64,000 nucleotides of DNA from Mobula hypostoma (lineage: Eukaryota), in NCBI RefSeq assembly GCF_963921235.1, contig NC_086097.1:163000001-163064000 (forward strand). The letters are read 5' to 3'. Below, piece after piece: positions 25,611 to 38,319 of the stretch. Made by a program: the position numbers and the translations under genes. Position 1 is the first letter of the stretch; each line of letters opens with the position of its first letter. A model generated the notes under the pieces. The model was not told the origin of the DNA. It ran no database searches and saw only the letters and a program-made list of their open reading frames with translations.

Positions 25611-28600
25611 TTTTTTTGTAATATAATTTTTATTGAATTTTCAAAAAGAATACATGAAAAAAAGAATCTACCCTCCCCCCTCCCCTTAACCCTCCCCCCC
25701 CATATATAGTCCTACTTAAAAAGAAAGAAAAAGAAAAAAAAAAGAAAAAAAAAGAAAAGAACCGCCTGGTTATTGGAAGGTTTCCACATGCTCCATGGGA
25801 TTCAAAATGAATTTGGTATAATTATTCGTTACTTTCCCCAAGTGACCAAAGTCTTTATCGGAGCACTTATCCTATCTGCCATCCTATCTTTTGCAAATAA
25901 GGGCGCCAAATATTCAAAAATGTTACATATTTATCTCTTAAATTATAAGTAGTTTTTTCAAGTGGAATAGAACTAGCCATTTCATTATTCCAACGATCCA
26001 TACTTAAATACGAATCAGATTTCCAAGTAACTGCTATAGTCTTCTTAGCTACTGCCAATGCAATTTTTATAACTTCTTTCTGATATTTATTCAATTTAAG
26101 TTTCGGTTTTATCCCTTCAATATCACCTAATAAAAATAATACAGGGTTATGTGGAAGTTGAATTGCAGTAATTTGTTCCAATAAGATTCTTAAATTTATC
26201 AAAGGGTTGAATTTTAAAACAAGACCAAGTAGAATGTAAAAAAGTACCAATTTCTTGATTACACCGAAAACATTTATCAGATAGATTTGAATTTAATCTA
26301 TTTATTTTTTGCGGTGTAATATATAATTGATGTAAAAAATTATATTGTACTAATCTAAGTCGAACATTTATTGTATTTGTCATACTGTCAAGACAGTCTT
26401 GACCTATTTGTTTCATCAATAATAATATTCAGATCTGTTTCCCATTTTTGCTTTGACTTATGGGTTCCTTGTTTAATTGTCTGTTCTTGAATCAAATTAT
26501 ACATACAAGAAATAAATTTTTTAATTTTCCCTTTTTGAATTAAAATTTCAATTTCATTAGGTTTTGGCAAAAACATTGTTTGACCCAGCTTACCTTTTAA
26601 GTAAGCCCTTAATTGAAAGTAACAAAAGAAAGTATTATTAGATATTTTATATTTATCCTTTAATTGTTCAAATGACATCAATATACCTCGTTCAAAACAA
26701 TCTCCTATAAATTTAATCCCTTTTTGGTACCAATTATATAAAAGTTGATTGTCCATTGTAAAAGGAATAAGTCTGTTTTGGAACAAAGGTCTCCTTGCTA
26801 ATAGAGATTTCTGTGTTTCATTATCAACATTTATCTTATTCCATAGATTAATCAAATGTGTTAATATAGGAGATTCTTTCTTTTCCCGTATCAATTTAGA
26901 TTCCCATTTATATATAAAATCTTCAGGTCTATTTTCTCCTATCTTGTCTAGTTCTATTTTAATCCATGCTGGTTTTCGATCATCGAAGAAAGATGCAATA
27001 AATCTAAGTTGATTTGCTTTATAATAATTTTTAAAGTTTGGAAGTTGTAACCCTCCTAACCCAAGTTTACATGTCAATTTTTCCAATGATATTCTTGACA
27101 TTTTACCTTTCCAAAGAAATTTTCTCACACATTTATTTAACTCTTGAAAAAATTTCTGTGGCAATTGTATTGGTAATGTTTGAAACAAATACTGTAATCT
27201 AGGAAATATATTCATTTTTACAACATTGACTCTACCTACTAATGTTATTGGTAATATCATCCATTTGTCAAGATGATCTTGAATATTTTTAGTTTCTGAT
27301 GTTCTGTTTCTGTTAGGTGCGTTTCCTGTAAAAAAGCTAAATCTATCTTCATTTTTTTAATATGTGTTAAGATTCTTTTTCTTTTCACTGGTCCATTAAG
27401 CCCGTTAACATTAAAACTCAAAAAATTCAGTAAATTAGTCATTATTCTTCACGAAGTTACTCCAATCTAAAACATTATTTATCTTCTCAACTTTCATAGT
27501 TCCTTGGGGAATCTCTTTAAACTTCACCATGTTGCTATGTGTCTCCCTCCCAACCTTCCAGGCAGAAAGAAAAAGTACAAAAAAAGAAAAAACAAAATAC
27601 CCCCCCACTAATGTTGTGAATGAAAGGATACACAACATTACCCACCTCCATTTTGCGGGTCGTGACAAAAGCCACGCTTGCACACATGACTAGCGTAGCA
27701 ATCGATCAGTGCTTCTTCCAGCTCCCCCGCAACAAAAAAACATTTTATATATATATATATATATAGACAAAATTAGTATTACTATTCCCAACTAATATTC
27801 CTCCAGTTTTAACCTTTCTTACCCCCCTCGTATAATTAATAATATATTTATACATTCATCCAGCTTCAAAAATCCATCAAGTCCATTCTTTAACTCAACC
27901 TTCATCTTCAATCTATCTCGCTCCCCTGGGTTTGTTCTTGTGTCTGGTGAGTTTTCAGAGAATCTCGCACAAACTGCTCTGCTTTCTGATAATCAACAAA
28001 AAATCTTTTTTCTCCACCAGACAAAAAAATCTTCAAAGTTGCAGGACAACGCAGTGTAAATTGATAACCATGATCCCATAGGGTTTTTTTCACTGGATTA
28101 AATTTCTTCCTTCTCTTCAAAAGTTCGTAACTTATATCAGGATAGAAAAAAACTTTGTTCCCTCCAATTATCAATGGCCCTTTTCTATCTTTGGCAGCTC
28201 GAGCAGCTGCCTGTAGAATCCTTTCCTTGTCTTGAAATCTTAAGAATTTTATTTAAAATCGATCGTGGATATTGGTCATCTTTTGGTTTTGGTCTTAAAA
28301 CTCTATGTGCCCGCTCAATTTCAATTGATCGAACCTCCTCTTCCATTTGCAAAACATCCGGGATCCATCTTTGAAAAAATTCTATTGGTTTATCTCCCTC
28401 CATACCTTCTTTAAGACCAACAATTTTAATATTATTACGTCTACTAAAATTTTCCAACATGTCCACTTTCTCCAAGAGTTGGTTTCTTTCCGAATTCCAG
28501 ACAAGCAAATCATTTTCTGTTTTTTCCACTCTATCATTCATATGGCCCATTGCTCTTTCCATCTTCTGAAGCTTCTTATCCATTTTGTCCTGTCTTGCCA

Positions 28601-29156
28601 TAACTTTATCATAGCACATCTTCGTATCTCTAAGTTCTTCTCTTACCTTTCTTAATTCAGCCGTTAATTGCAATATAGCCTCTCTCATGTCTCTATCATC
28701 TCCTTTACTTCCAATCGCTTCCAATTCTTCCTCCTCTTCTTCATCTGTGTTCTCTGCAGAATCCAATTCTGACTCTGAGTCATTTTCAACTGCAGTGGCT
28801 GTCGGTTCTTGTAGTTTGTGTTGTGTTGGTTTGCGCATGCGCATTACCGGTGTCTTCGAAGAAGAAGCCGTTGCCACCGCCATTGCTCCTTGTTCTACCG
28901 AAGGAGATCCAACTTGAGTCCGAGGCTCCATCGTTGCAGTAGGCCCTTTTTTCTTCCCGTCTTGTGGCTGCTTCGCAACAGCAGACTTCTTTTGTTGCGG
29001 TTTAGGAGGCATATCGTAAAGTAATCTTACAAAGTTTATAAATAATTTTCAGAAAATATTTACTAACTTTGTTTTGTTTAAATGGTACTTTACTGGCTTG
29101 TTGCGGGAGAGCTGGATTTACACGTCTCAATCCCACGTCATCACGTGACGCCCCCC
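25611..29156 (-). mobile_element. L1-clade LINE with 5'UTR, ORF1 and internally deleted ORF2
   Basis: 15-bp TSD ctgcttctatatctt at 25596-25610 and 29157-29171; T-run (polyA) at the left end. ORF1 at 28185-29012 plus 27908-28174 (coiled coil, RRNNIKIVGL). APE start at 27442 (SFNVNGLN..K..LQETHL). ORF2 C-terminal pieces at 26388-27260, 26147-26419 (CxxC..GTxxHxxW) and 25867-26250. Confidence 0.93.
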
Positions 29157-29610
29157 CTGCTTCTATATCTTATGGAAATATTTAACCTTCATATGAGCAA
29201 ATTATTTCTGCATGTACTATGATTTGCCTGTAGGTCTACAGTTTGAAGTCCTTGGAGGTTGTGCTGACTGAAGTTGATCTTTACAGTTTTATCCCACTTC
29301 CCAGCTCTCTGCCTACTGAATTACATTTTCAATGTTTCAAGTACACATCCACGTTCTTTTTTAGTTTATTGAGGGTTTCTGCTTTTATTACACTTTCAAG
29401 CAATGAGCAGCAAATCCCATCACACTGGGGTCAAAAAATTCTCTGCAACCCCCTTTCCATCTTAACAACTATATTAAACATCGTATCCCCCGCCAAAGAT
29501 ACTGACTCTTAGATGAGGAAATAGCTTTGTCTGACCATCTCCACTGGGTCCTCCACAATGCAATACACCTCAATTAAAATAAGATATTCCCTTTCAAGCA
29601 AACATTTCAG

Positions 29611-30298
29611 GCTACTAAACTATCAAACCTTGGAAAATTAGAAGTTAAATAGCATAACCAATGTTTCTTCATTGCTGAAATCTCAGGTCTTGTCAACATC
29701 CCTTCTGCACTCCATAATATTGCGAACAAAACTATTCAAAGTTTGATTTAAAAAAGCATGCACTCAACATTTCTTGGAGGCTGAACAAACAGGGAAGCAA
29801 CTAGCTTCCAGCTTAAGGAATTCAATAATTAAACAGTTTCTATAACTTCTTCAGGTACTGGACACTAGATAGCAGCTTGCCTCATTCCCCTAGTAATTCA
29901 GTTTCTGAAGCTGTTCATACCACAAGCTCATGGGTTTGATTTCAGCTCAGGATGACATCAGCAGATACCTGCAGAGGATGTAGCACATGCTCCACTGGTT
30001 TTGGAGCCCTCGGGGCTAGAGCACGGAAAATTCCAGAGTTTCTCCTTCTGATTGCTATCTATATCCTTTCTGGAAGGGAACCAAGCAACTTTGGGAAAAA
30101 AAGTATGAGGTGGCACAGGGGGATTACTTTGAAATTTCTACAAATCTCCAGCTACAATGTTGGTGAAACCTGGAAGGAAACATTTTCCACATGGAGAAAA
30201 CTTTCAAAGTAGGTTATGAGAATACCTCAGAATTCTTATCAGGATGATTATTTTTCTCTGTTTTAGTAAGAATCAAGCTCAAACTGACTGAGAGTGAG
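29611..30298 (+). pseudogene. Exon-like segment with RGS-like motifs (frameshifted)
   Basis: Ends at GAG|gtaagt; the start is approximate. Pieces read HFLEAEQTGKQLASSLRNSIIKQFL, LISAQDDISRYLQ, and YPFWKGTKQLWEKKYEVAQG/ITLKFLQ (one extra G in a G run). Confidence 0.45.
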
Positions 30299-30369
30299 GT
30301 AAGTGAGAGGTGATGTGTTTTAGAAAGTCAAACCAGCGTAGTTCTCTTACTATGATTGGTACGGTATTA

Positions 30370-31340
30370 AGGAGTGGAATGCAACAGAGGGACCTAGCCA
30401 TTCATGTGCATGGTGGTGAAACAGGCATTTAGCATGATGGTCTCCATCAGTCAGGGTACTGGGGTTGGGAGCTGAGACATCATGTTACAGTATATTAAGT
30501 CATTGGTTATGTTGCACTTGGGAGTACTGTGTGCAGTTTTGATCAGCCTATTATAGGAAAGACATGGTTAAGTTGCATAGAGTGCAGAAGAGGTTTGAGG
30601 ATGTTGCCGAGACTAGAGGATCTGACTTATAGGGAAAGGTCGGCCAGACTAGATCTCCATTCCTTGAAACATAGGCGAATGAAGGGTGACCTTATAGAAA
30701 TGATTAAAATCATAGGCATAATAAGATGGATGGCAACTCTCATTTTGCCAGATCAGGGGAGTCCAAAGCTAGGGACCATAGGTTTAGGGTTGAGAGGAAA
30801 AGATATGAAAGACCTCAGGGCAGCGTTTTGGTAAGTATATGAAATGAGGTGCCAGAGGAAGTGATTGAAGTGGGTACAGTAGTATCATTTCGGAAGCACA
30901 CGGATAGGTACATGAAGTGGCAGGGGTTACAGGGATCTGAGCCAAACCCAGGAAATTAGCACTAGCTGAATGGCATAGATTTGTTGGGATTGGACACGCT
31001 AGAGGCAGGAAACATGTTCCCGATATTGGGGGAGCCAGAACCAGAGGCCACAGTTTAAGAATAGGGAGTAGACCATTTAGAACAGAGTTGAGGAAAAACT
31101 TTTTCACACAGAGAGTTGTGGATCTGTGGAATGCTCTGCCTCAGAAGGCAGTGGATGCCAATTTTCTGGATTCTTTCAAGAAAGAGTTAAATAGAGCTCT
31201 TAAAGATAGCGGAGTCAAGGGATATGGGGAGAAGGGAGGAAAAGGGTACTGATTGTGGATGGTCAGCTATGATCACAGTGAATGGCGGTGCTGGCTCGAA
31301 GGGCTGAATGGCCTACTCCTGCATCTATTGTCTATTGGGT
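30370..31340 (+). mobile_element. CR1 LINE 3' fragments (an old copy plus a younger 3' end at about 30996-31337)
   Basis: ..R.KGDLIE..KI.. and aacttttt.acacagagagttgtg..tgtggaat, ending ggcctactcctgcatctattgtctattg. Confidence 0.8.
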
Positions 31341-31424
31341 CAAATGGCTTGATCTGTGCTGTATTGCTCAATTGTGTAAACTGGAAGCCTATGGGCTAAA
31401 AACTGGGGTGGGCATGGTGGATAA

Positions 31425-32030
31425 CTTCCTGAGAAAGCTAAAGAAATTTGGTCTGTCCCCTGAAACTCACACTAATTTTTATAGACGCACCGTAGAAAGC
31501 ATTCTTCTCGGGTGCATCACAACCTGGTATGGAAGTTGTCCTGTCCAAGACCAGAAGAAGCTGCAGAAGATCGTGAACACAGCCCAGCACATCACACAAA
31601 CCAATCTTCCGTCCTTGGACTCACTTTACACTGCCCGCAGTCGGAGCAGTGCTGCCAGGATAATCAAGGACACGACCCACCCAGCCAACACACTTTTCGT
31701 CCCTCTTCCCTCTGAGAGAAGGCTCAGGAGCTTGAAGACTCGTATGGCCAGATTTGGGAACAGCTTCTTTCCAACTGTGATAAGACTGCTGAACGGATCC
31801 TGACCCGGATCTGGGCCGTACCCTCCAAATATCTGGACCTGTCTCTCGGTTTTTTTTTTGCATTACCTTACTTTCCCTTTTCTATTTTCTATTTATGATT
31901 TATAATTTAAATTTTATTATATTTACTATTGATTTGTTCTCCAGGGAGCACAAAGCGCAGAATCAAATATCGCTGTGATGACTGTACGTGATGACTGTAT
32001 CAATTGTTTGGCAACAATAAAGTAATAATA
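31425..32030 (+). mobile_element. Rex1/Babar LINE 3' fragment
   Basis: LRKLKKFGL....NFYR..VESIL..CIT.WYG...HP...F..LPS..R..R..SFFP..IRLLN, followed by an AT-rich tail with aataaa. Confidence 0.85.
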
Positions 32031-32344
32031 ATAGCTCTTCTAGTCTGAACTAAATTTCTACAAACCTAAAGCACACACCTTCAAGCAAATTACACAAATA
32101 CACCACACCCAGGTATAACTGGAGTATGAAAGGTTTCATTATTTTGAATGTTTACAGTATTACTGAATTTTGTGAAGAAGGCAACGTTAAAGATCCCCCA
32201 CAAACTGGGCCATTGCCACCTTGTCACAGCTACCATATAGCAGTACAGAAGCACGAGGTCCCACACCACGGGTTCAAGAACAGCGACTTCCCTTCAACCA
32301 CTTGGTTCCTGATCTAACCGGCAAAACCAGCAGTATCGCAACAT

Positions 32345-32900
32345 TATGCACAAAATGCTGGAGAAACTCAGCAGGCCAGACAGCATCAATGGAAAAGAGT
32401 ACAGTCGACATTTCTGTCTAAAACCCTTCAGCAGGACTGGAGAATATAGCTGAGGAATAGATTTAAAAGGTGGGGGAGGGGAGAGATAAACACAAGGTAC
32501 TCGGTGAAACCTCGAGGGGGAAGGATGAAGTAAAGAACTAGGAAGGAAGAAAGAAAAGTGGGGGAGGGGAGAAGCATCATTGGGCGGGCAAGGAGATAAG
32601 GTGAGAGAGAGAAAAAAGGGCATGGGAAATGGAGAAGAGGGGTGGGGGGACCATTATCAGAAGTTAGAGAAATCTATGTTCATGCCATCTGGTTGGAGGC
32701 TACCCAAACGGAGTACAAAATGTTGCTCCTCCAACCTAAGTATGGCCTCATCGCCACAGTGGAGGAGGTCATGGATGGACATATCGGAAGGGAATGAGAA
32801 TGGGAAATGGAATTAAAATGGGTGGCCACTGAGAGATCCCACTTTTACTGGCAGATGGAGCATAGGTGCTCAGCAAAGTGGTCTCCCAACCTGTGTCAGG
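32345..32900 (-). mobile_element. PLE 3' fragment (same family as 34503-35948)
   Basis: Shares the terminal repeat and the ..gaagttagagaa.tc.atgttcatgccatc.ggttggaggctaccc.. body. Further degraded copies lie near 13230, 15400, 23607, 41940, 42380, 45495, 59930 and 60360. Confidence 0.8.
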
Positions 32901-34502
32901 TCCAGCGATTTCCACCCCCCACCCAACCGTTCACCACTTCCCATCTCCTTTTCCCCTCCCTCACCTTGTTGCTTACTTATGTTTAATTTCTGTTTATCTC
33001 ATGAATGCTGCTTATATGATGCTATGTGCCTGTGATGCTGCTGCAAGGAAGTTTTTCACTGCACATATACATACATTTACTTATTATGCATGTGACAGAA
33101 AATTTCAATAGAGACGAACAAATTCCCTTGTTGACGTAGCTACCTAAACAAATATGTATCAGGTTCCACAATCAACAGATAAGGCCAAACTACTTTCTAT
33201 CATTAATTTAGCTGTCAGCAGACTCAAATGTTAATTTTTACATTGGAATTGGAAAATTATTTAACTATGTGCCTGGTTAGAAAGATCAGTCTGTATTTAA
33301 ATTAAAGAGACTGGCACTTCATTCCGACCCACTGGTAATTTTAATAAAGCACTGCATTATGCAACAGTCTTTCACACACACGTGAGAAACCAAATGAATA
33401 GCCCCTGTTAAACAAGGAACAATCAGCTGCGAACACAGACAATACATATTTTAATTACAGATCTAATCTGTAACAATGCCAAAAACTATCTCCTCAGAAT
33501 TCCAGCTACATATAGTCCTTTCATTAATTTTGCTCTGAAGTGAGTATTTGTGTGAGGTTACATTACAGATATTCTAAATCTTTTGGATGGAGAACTGAAA
33601 ATATGAATCCCAATATTGGTGAAGGGTAGAATCAGATTTATTTATCACTGACATCATCAGAGATTACTAGATCATAGGTTTAAGGTAAAGGTGAAATATT
33701 TATGGAGAACCTGATGGGAACTGGAGTGCACGTGTGGAATGAGCTGCCAGCAATAGTGGTGGGAGCAGGTTCAACTGTAACATTTAAGAGACATTTGGAT
33801 GAGAGGGGTATGCAGCACTATGGTCTGGGTCTGGGTAAATGGAACTAGGCAGAAAAATGGGTCAGCACAGATTAGATGGGCTGAAAGACCTGTTCCTCAA
33901 CTGTATGATCTATGACTTACGTTGTGAGATGTGTTGTTTTGCAGAAGCAGTACAAAGCAAGACAAAGAATTACTACAAAGTACAATAAATAAATAAATAA
34001 CTGGATAAATAAGTGGGTGGGTAGGTTGATAAATAATGAAATAACTACTGTGAAAGGCTGCACAGAAGCTAAGTAATCTCTTTAAAAATGTGAAGCCAGA
34101 AGGATTTTAGTGCTGCAGCCTCTTTTAAAGCATGCCGACCGGCTTGCTATTCATTGTCCATGGTTGGTGTATGGACAGTGGTAAGTAGTTGTGAAGCACA
34201 GATGCTGCCCATTAGGAGGAAGTAAGCTGATGTGGGAACAGCTCTTAGGATAGCCTGTGGGGAGGAAATGTGCAAATGGAAAGGAAAACACCTACATTAG
34301 GGAGGTCCAAAGTTTTCCCAGTCGAGGCCCAGACAAAGTTCCTCTTGCTCCAGGGTATCCATCAATCCTGCTGAAGGGCTTCGACTTGAAACGCTGACTG
34401 TACTCTTTTCCTAGATGCTGTCTGGCCTTCCTCCGGCATTTTCTGTGTGTTCCTCATGGTCCAACAAGGGTAGCATTATGTTTTAAAACTGTCACTTAAA
34501 TG

Positions 34503-35948
34503 CAAACATGAGGAAATCTGCAGATGCTGGAAATTCAAGCCACACACATAAAAAATGCTGGTGAACGCAGCAGGCCAGGCAGCATCTATAGGAAGAGGTA
34601 CAGTTGACGTTTCGGGCCGAGACCCTTCGTCAGGACTAACTGAAAGAAGAGACAGTAAGAGATTTGAAAGTGGGAGGGGGAGGGGGAGATCCAAAATGAT
34701 AGGAGAAGACAGGAGGGGGAGGGATGGAGCTAAGAGCTGGAAGGTTGATTGGCAAAAAGGATACGAGGCTGGTGAAGGGAGAGGATCATGGGATGGGAGG
34801 CCTAGGGAGAAAGAAGTGGGGGGGGAAGCCCAGAGGATGGGCAAGGAGTTATAGTGAGAGGGACAGAGGGAGAAAAAAAGAGGGGAAAAAAGAGAAAAGA
34901 AAAAATAATAATCATAAATAAATAAGGGATGGGGTACAAAACGGAGGTGGAGCATTAACGGAAGTTAGAGAAGTCAATGTTCATGCCATCAGGTTGGAGG
35001 CTACCCAGATGGAATATAAGGTGTTGTTTCTCCAACCTGAGTGTGGCTTATTCTTGACAGTAGGAAGCCGTGGATAGACATATCAGAATGGGAATGGGAC
35101 ATGGAATTAAAATATGTGGCCACTGGGAGATCCTGCTTTCTCAGGCGGACGGAGCATAGGTGTTCAGTGAAACGGTCTCCCAGCCTGCATCGGGTCTCGC
35201 CAATATATAGAAGGCCGCATCAGGAGCACCGGACGCAGTATATCACCCCAGCCGACTTCCAGGTGAAGTGTCGCCTCACCTGGAAGGACTGTCTGGGGCC
35301 CTGAATGGTGGTGAGGAAGGAAGTGTAAGGCAGCAAACGCATCGCTCCCATTTCACGCACATCTGCTCTCACCGCATCCTCCCACCACCCCACGAGGAAT
35401 AAGGTTCCCCTTGTCCTCACCTACCACCCCACCAGCCTCTGGGTCCAACATATAATTCTCCGTAACTTCTGCCACCTCCAACGGGATCCCACCACTAAAC
35501 ACACCTTTCCCTCCCCCCCGCCCGCTTTCCGCAGGGATCGCTCCCTACGGCGACTCCCTTGTCCATTGGTTTCCCCCCCCGCCCATCCCTTCCCACCGAT
35601 CTCCCTCCTGGCACTTAACCTTGTAAGCAGAACAAGTGCTACATGTGCCTTTACACTTCCTCCCTCACCACCATTCAGGGCCCTAGGCCTCTCGTCCCAT
35701 GATCCTCTCCCTTCTCCAGCCTCGTATACCTTTTGCCAATCAACTTTCCAGCTCTTAACTCCATCCCTCCCCCCTCCTGTCTTCTCCTATCATTTCAGAT
35801 CATTCCCCTCCCCCTCCCACTTTCAAATCTCTTACTATCTCTTCTTTCAGTTAGTCCTGACAAAGGGTCTCGGCCCAAAACATCGACTGTACCTCTTCCT
35901 ATAGATGCTGCCTGGCCTGCTGCATTCACCAGCACTTTTTATGTGTGT
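34503..35948. mobile_element. Penelope-like element (PLE) with two inverted arms and a GIY-YIG endonuclease fragment
   Basis: Minus strand at about 35145-35320 encodes GVIYCVRCS*CGLLYIGETRCRLGDRFTEHL (GIY-YIG). About 34545-34805 and 35682-35948 are inverted copies of the terminal repeat. Confidence 0.88.
34602..34637 (-). ncRNA. Minimal type I hammerhead ribozyme motif in a PLE terminal repeat
   Basis: AGUC-CUGACGA-AGGG-UCUCGG-CCC-GAAAC-GUC-AACU. Conserved core CUGANGA and GAAA, palindromic ACGU helix III, predicted cleavage after GUC. Confidence 0.75.
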
Positions 35949-38319
35949 TCCTCTTCCAGCTGAGCTAGTCCAACAGGAGACTCACTCAAGCTCATTCTCG
36001 TTCAATCTACTGGAGTTGAAATTGCAGTCAGACACAAATAAATTCATCAGGACCTGACCTGCATGTACAAGAGAAGACCCCACTGGTTTGGAGCAAATGA
36101 GTTTACCACTTGCTTCGATGCACTAGTTAAAATGAAGTTTTGTTAGTCCTCAGTGGCTGCTGTGAAGGTTAATAACCTCAGTAATTTTAATTATCTGCTC
36201 AGCTAGTTTCCACTGAGCGGTTAGGATTAATAAATGCCCTTTGTGGCTTCTTCTAACGCTGTATGAATACACGACAAGAGTATATTTCTATATGGTCCAA
36301 ACAAGTGCAAAAACATGACATTGGCCAGCATGTCTCTTAACGGTTAAATGAATTTGACAAGATGAGTTTGAAGGTCTTTGGCCTTCAGTGTGTAATATGT
36401 GCAGGATTAACTGCCCTGGATACAGAACAGAGCATCATTTAACTGTGTCATAAACCTAGCACCCTGTTTTCCTCGGAAAGTAATAAAATTATTTCTAACG
36501 TTGCAGAATTTTTTAATGGCAACTGCTGCTCTTGTATTGCACAGATTCATTTACAAATGAGGCATCAGTTGGCAAGAAACCTGCCTCCCATTTCCTGTTA
36601 CAAAATCAGCTAAACCTCCTGCTTCAAAGTGATACAAAGGAAGATGAGATTTAACCTCAGGACACTGGAGATGCAAGAGACTGCAGGTTCTGCAATCCAG
36701 AGCAAAAAACAAACTTCTGGAGGAACCCTGTGGGTCAGTTAGCATCTGTAGAGGGCAATGGATAGTAAGTGTTTTGGGTGGAAACCATTTGAAAGGAATT
36801 CTCCTGCAGCTTGTATTTTAACATCAGGAGCTGTTCACACACTTCTTGTCCAAACGTAAATAGCTTTCACACTGAAATATGACTGAAAGAAGCACCCCAT
36901 TCTTCATCGTTGCATCCTATTTGAAACACTCCGGCCAGAAAAGCAGATTGCACTCTGAAACGCATGGTAAAGAGCCACTGCACTGCCTTGGTTTGGTTGT
37001 ATCGCTGCAAACTTCTTCAGAGCTGAGGCCAGGAGTCTAATTATTGGTTTAGGGGTGGCGAGGTTTGAAGGAGAAAAATGACCTTGGAGGGGTGGGTGGT
37101 GGCAGCTGGCTGGACATTGTTGTCTTGTGTGGGGAGAATTAGGTGAAAGTGGGGCCTCAAAGGTGGAGTCATGGTGATTGGGGATGAGTGGTGAACAGGG
37201 AACCTGGGTCAACTGGAGTTTGGAGGCAACGGACTGGGTAAAAGAGAAGGATAAGAACAGGAACTTAAGTCAGTGCCTGGCATAGAACTGCAATTTGGCA
37301 CTTTTGGAGTGACCTAGATTTTGTGCATCAACGTTTTACGAGAGCTGTCATCAGGACTTGCCTGACACTATCTGACCCAGTGAGTCCTCCATCATTTTGC
37401 ATGTATTGATCAAGATTATCATCACCTGCAAAATCTCTTGTGCCTGGGTACATTTCCAAATTTCACCAGGATATGGTGGCAGTGGCATTCCATTCCAGCA
37501 GAAATAAGTGATTGATAGTCGCATATTGCTACAGTAAACAACATTTCTTAGCTGTACATTTCTCCTTTTGTTTCAGTGAGACAACTCCATGCTTGACTGG
37601 ACAAGCTAACCTACGTCCTTCTGGCCAAGTTGCAACCTTCTGGATTCCACACCGGACTTTACAATTTATAGCTCTGCATTAGTCGTCCATCTGTGATAAT
37701 TGGTTCAGTATGCTTGTTTCTTTGCCTTCACAGATGCTGCTTGACCTGACATATTGAGTTCTTTTAGAACTCTTCGATTTTTTTCCCCCTTTCTGTTTTT
37801 ATTTTCTCTGGGAGTAGAGAACACAGACAGCTGGGAATGTTTTCAAGTTGACAAGCTTCCTACTCCCCAACTGCTCCCATTCAGATAACGTTGTTTACAG
37901 TTTATCCCCATCGTCATCCTGGATTTACTCTGCCACAGACATCCATCCTCTCTCACCATCTCCACAGCTTAAATGAGCTTCTTTCTTTGGCTTTCTTCCA
38001 GTTCTGAGGAAGGTTCTTCAACTTGAAATGATAATTTTGTTTCTATTCCCATTGATGTGGCCTGACCTGCCCAGTAGTTTCTGTTTTTTACTCTCGATTT
38101 CTAGCAGTTACACTTTTTATTTCTGATTTTCACCTGAATGCAGAGGTGGGCTTGCGTTGAAATCTACTTCTGGAAAACAGTCCATTTTTCTCAACATGCA
38201 CAAACCCACTGCTACAGCATTCATAAGCACAATTGCCTTTGTGAAGTTCACCTGGCAGTTGTTGCACAGAATGTTTGATAATGTCCTTCTTCTGCCCAAT
38301 TCCATCTGTTGATGAGTCA

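Noticed and set aside
37577..37707. Additional plus-strand exon-like segment with a strong acceptor (also about 42920-43005)
   Set aside because: The donor is weak, all frames contain stops and there is no motif. It could not be distinguished from chance, so it was left out of the antisense gene model.
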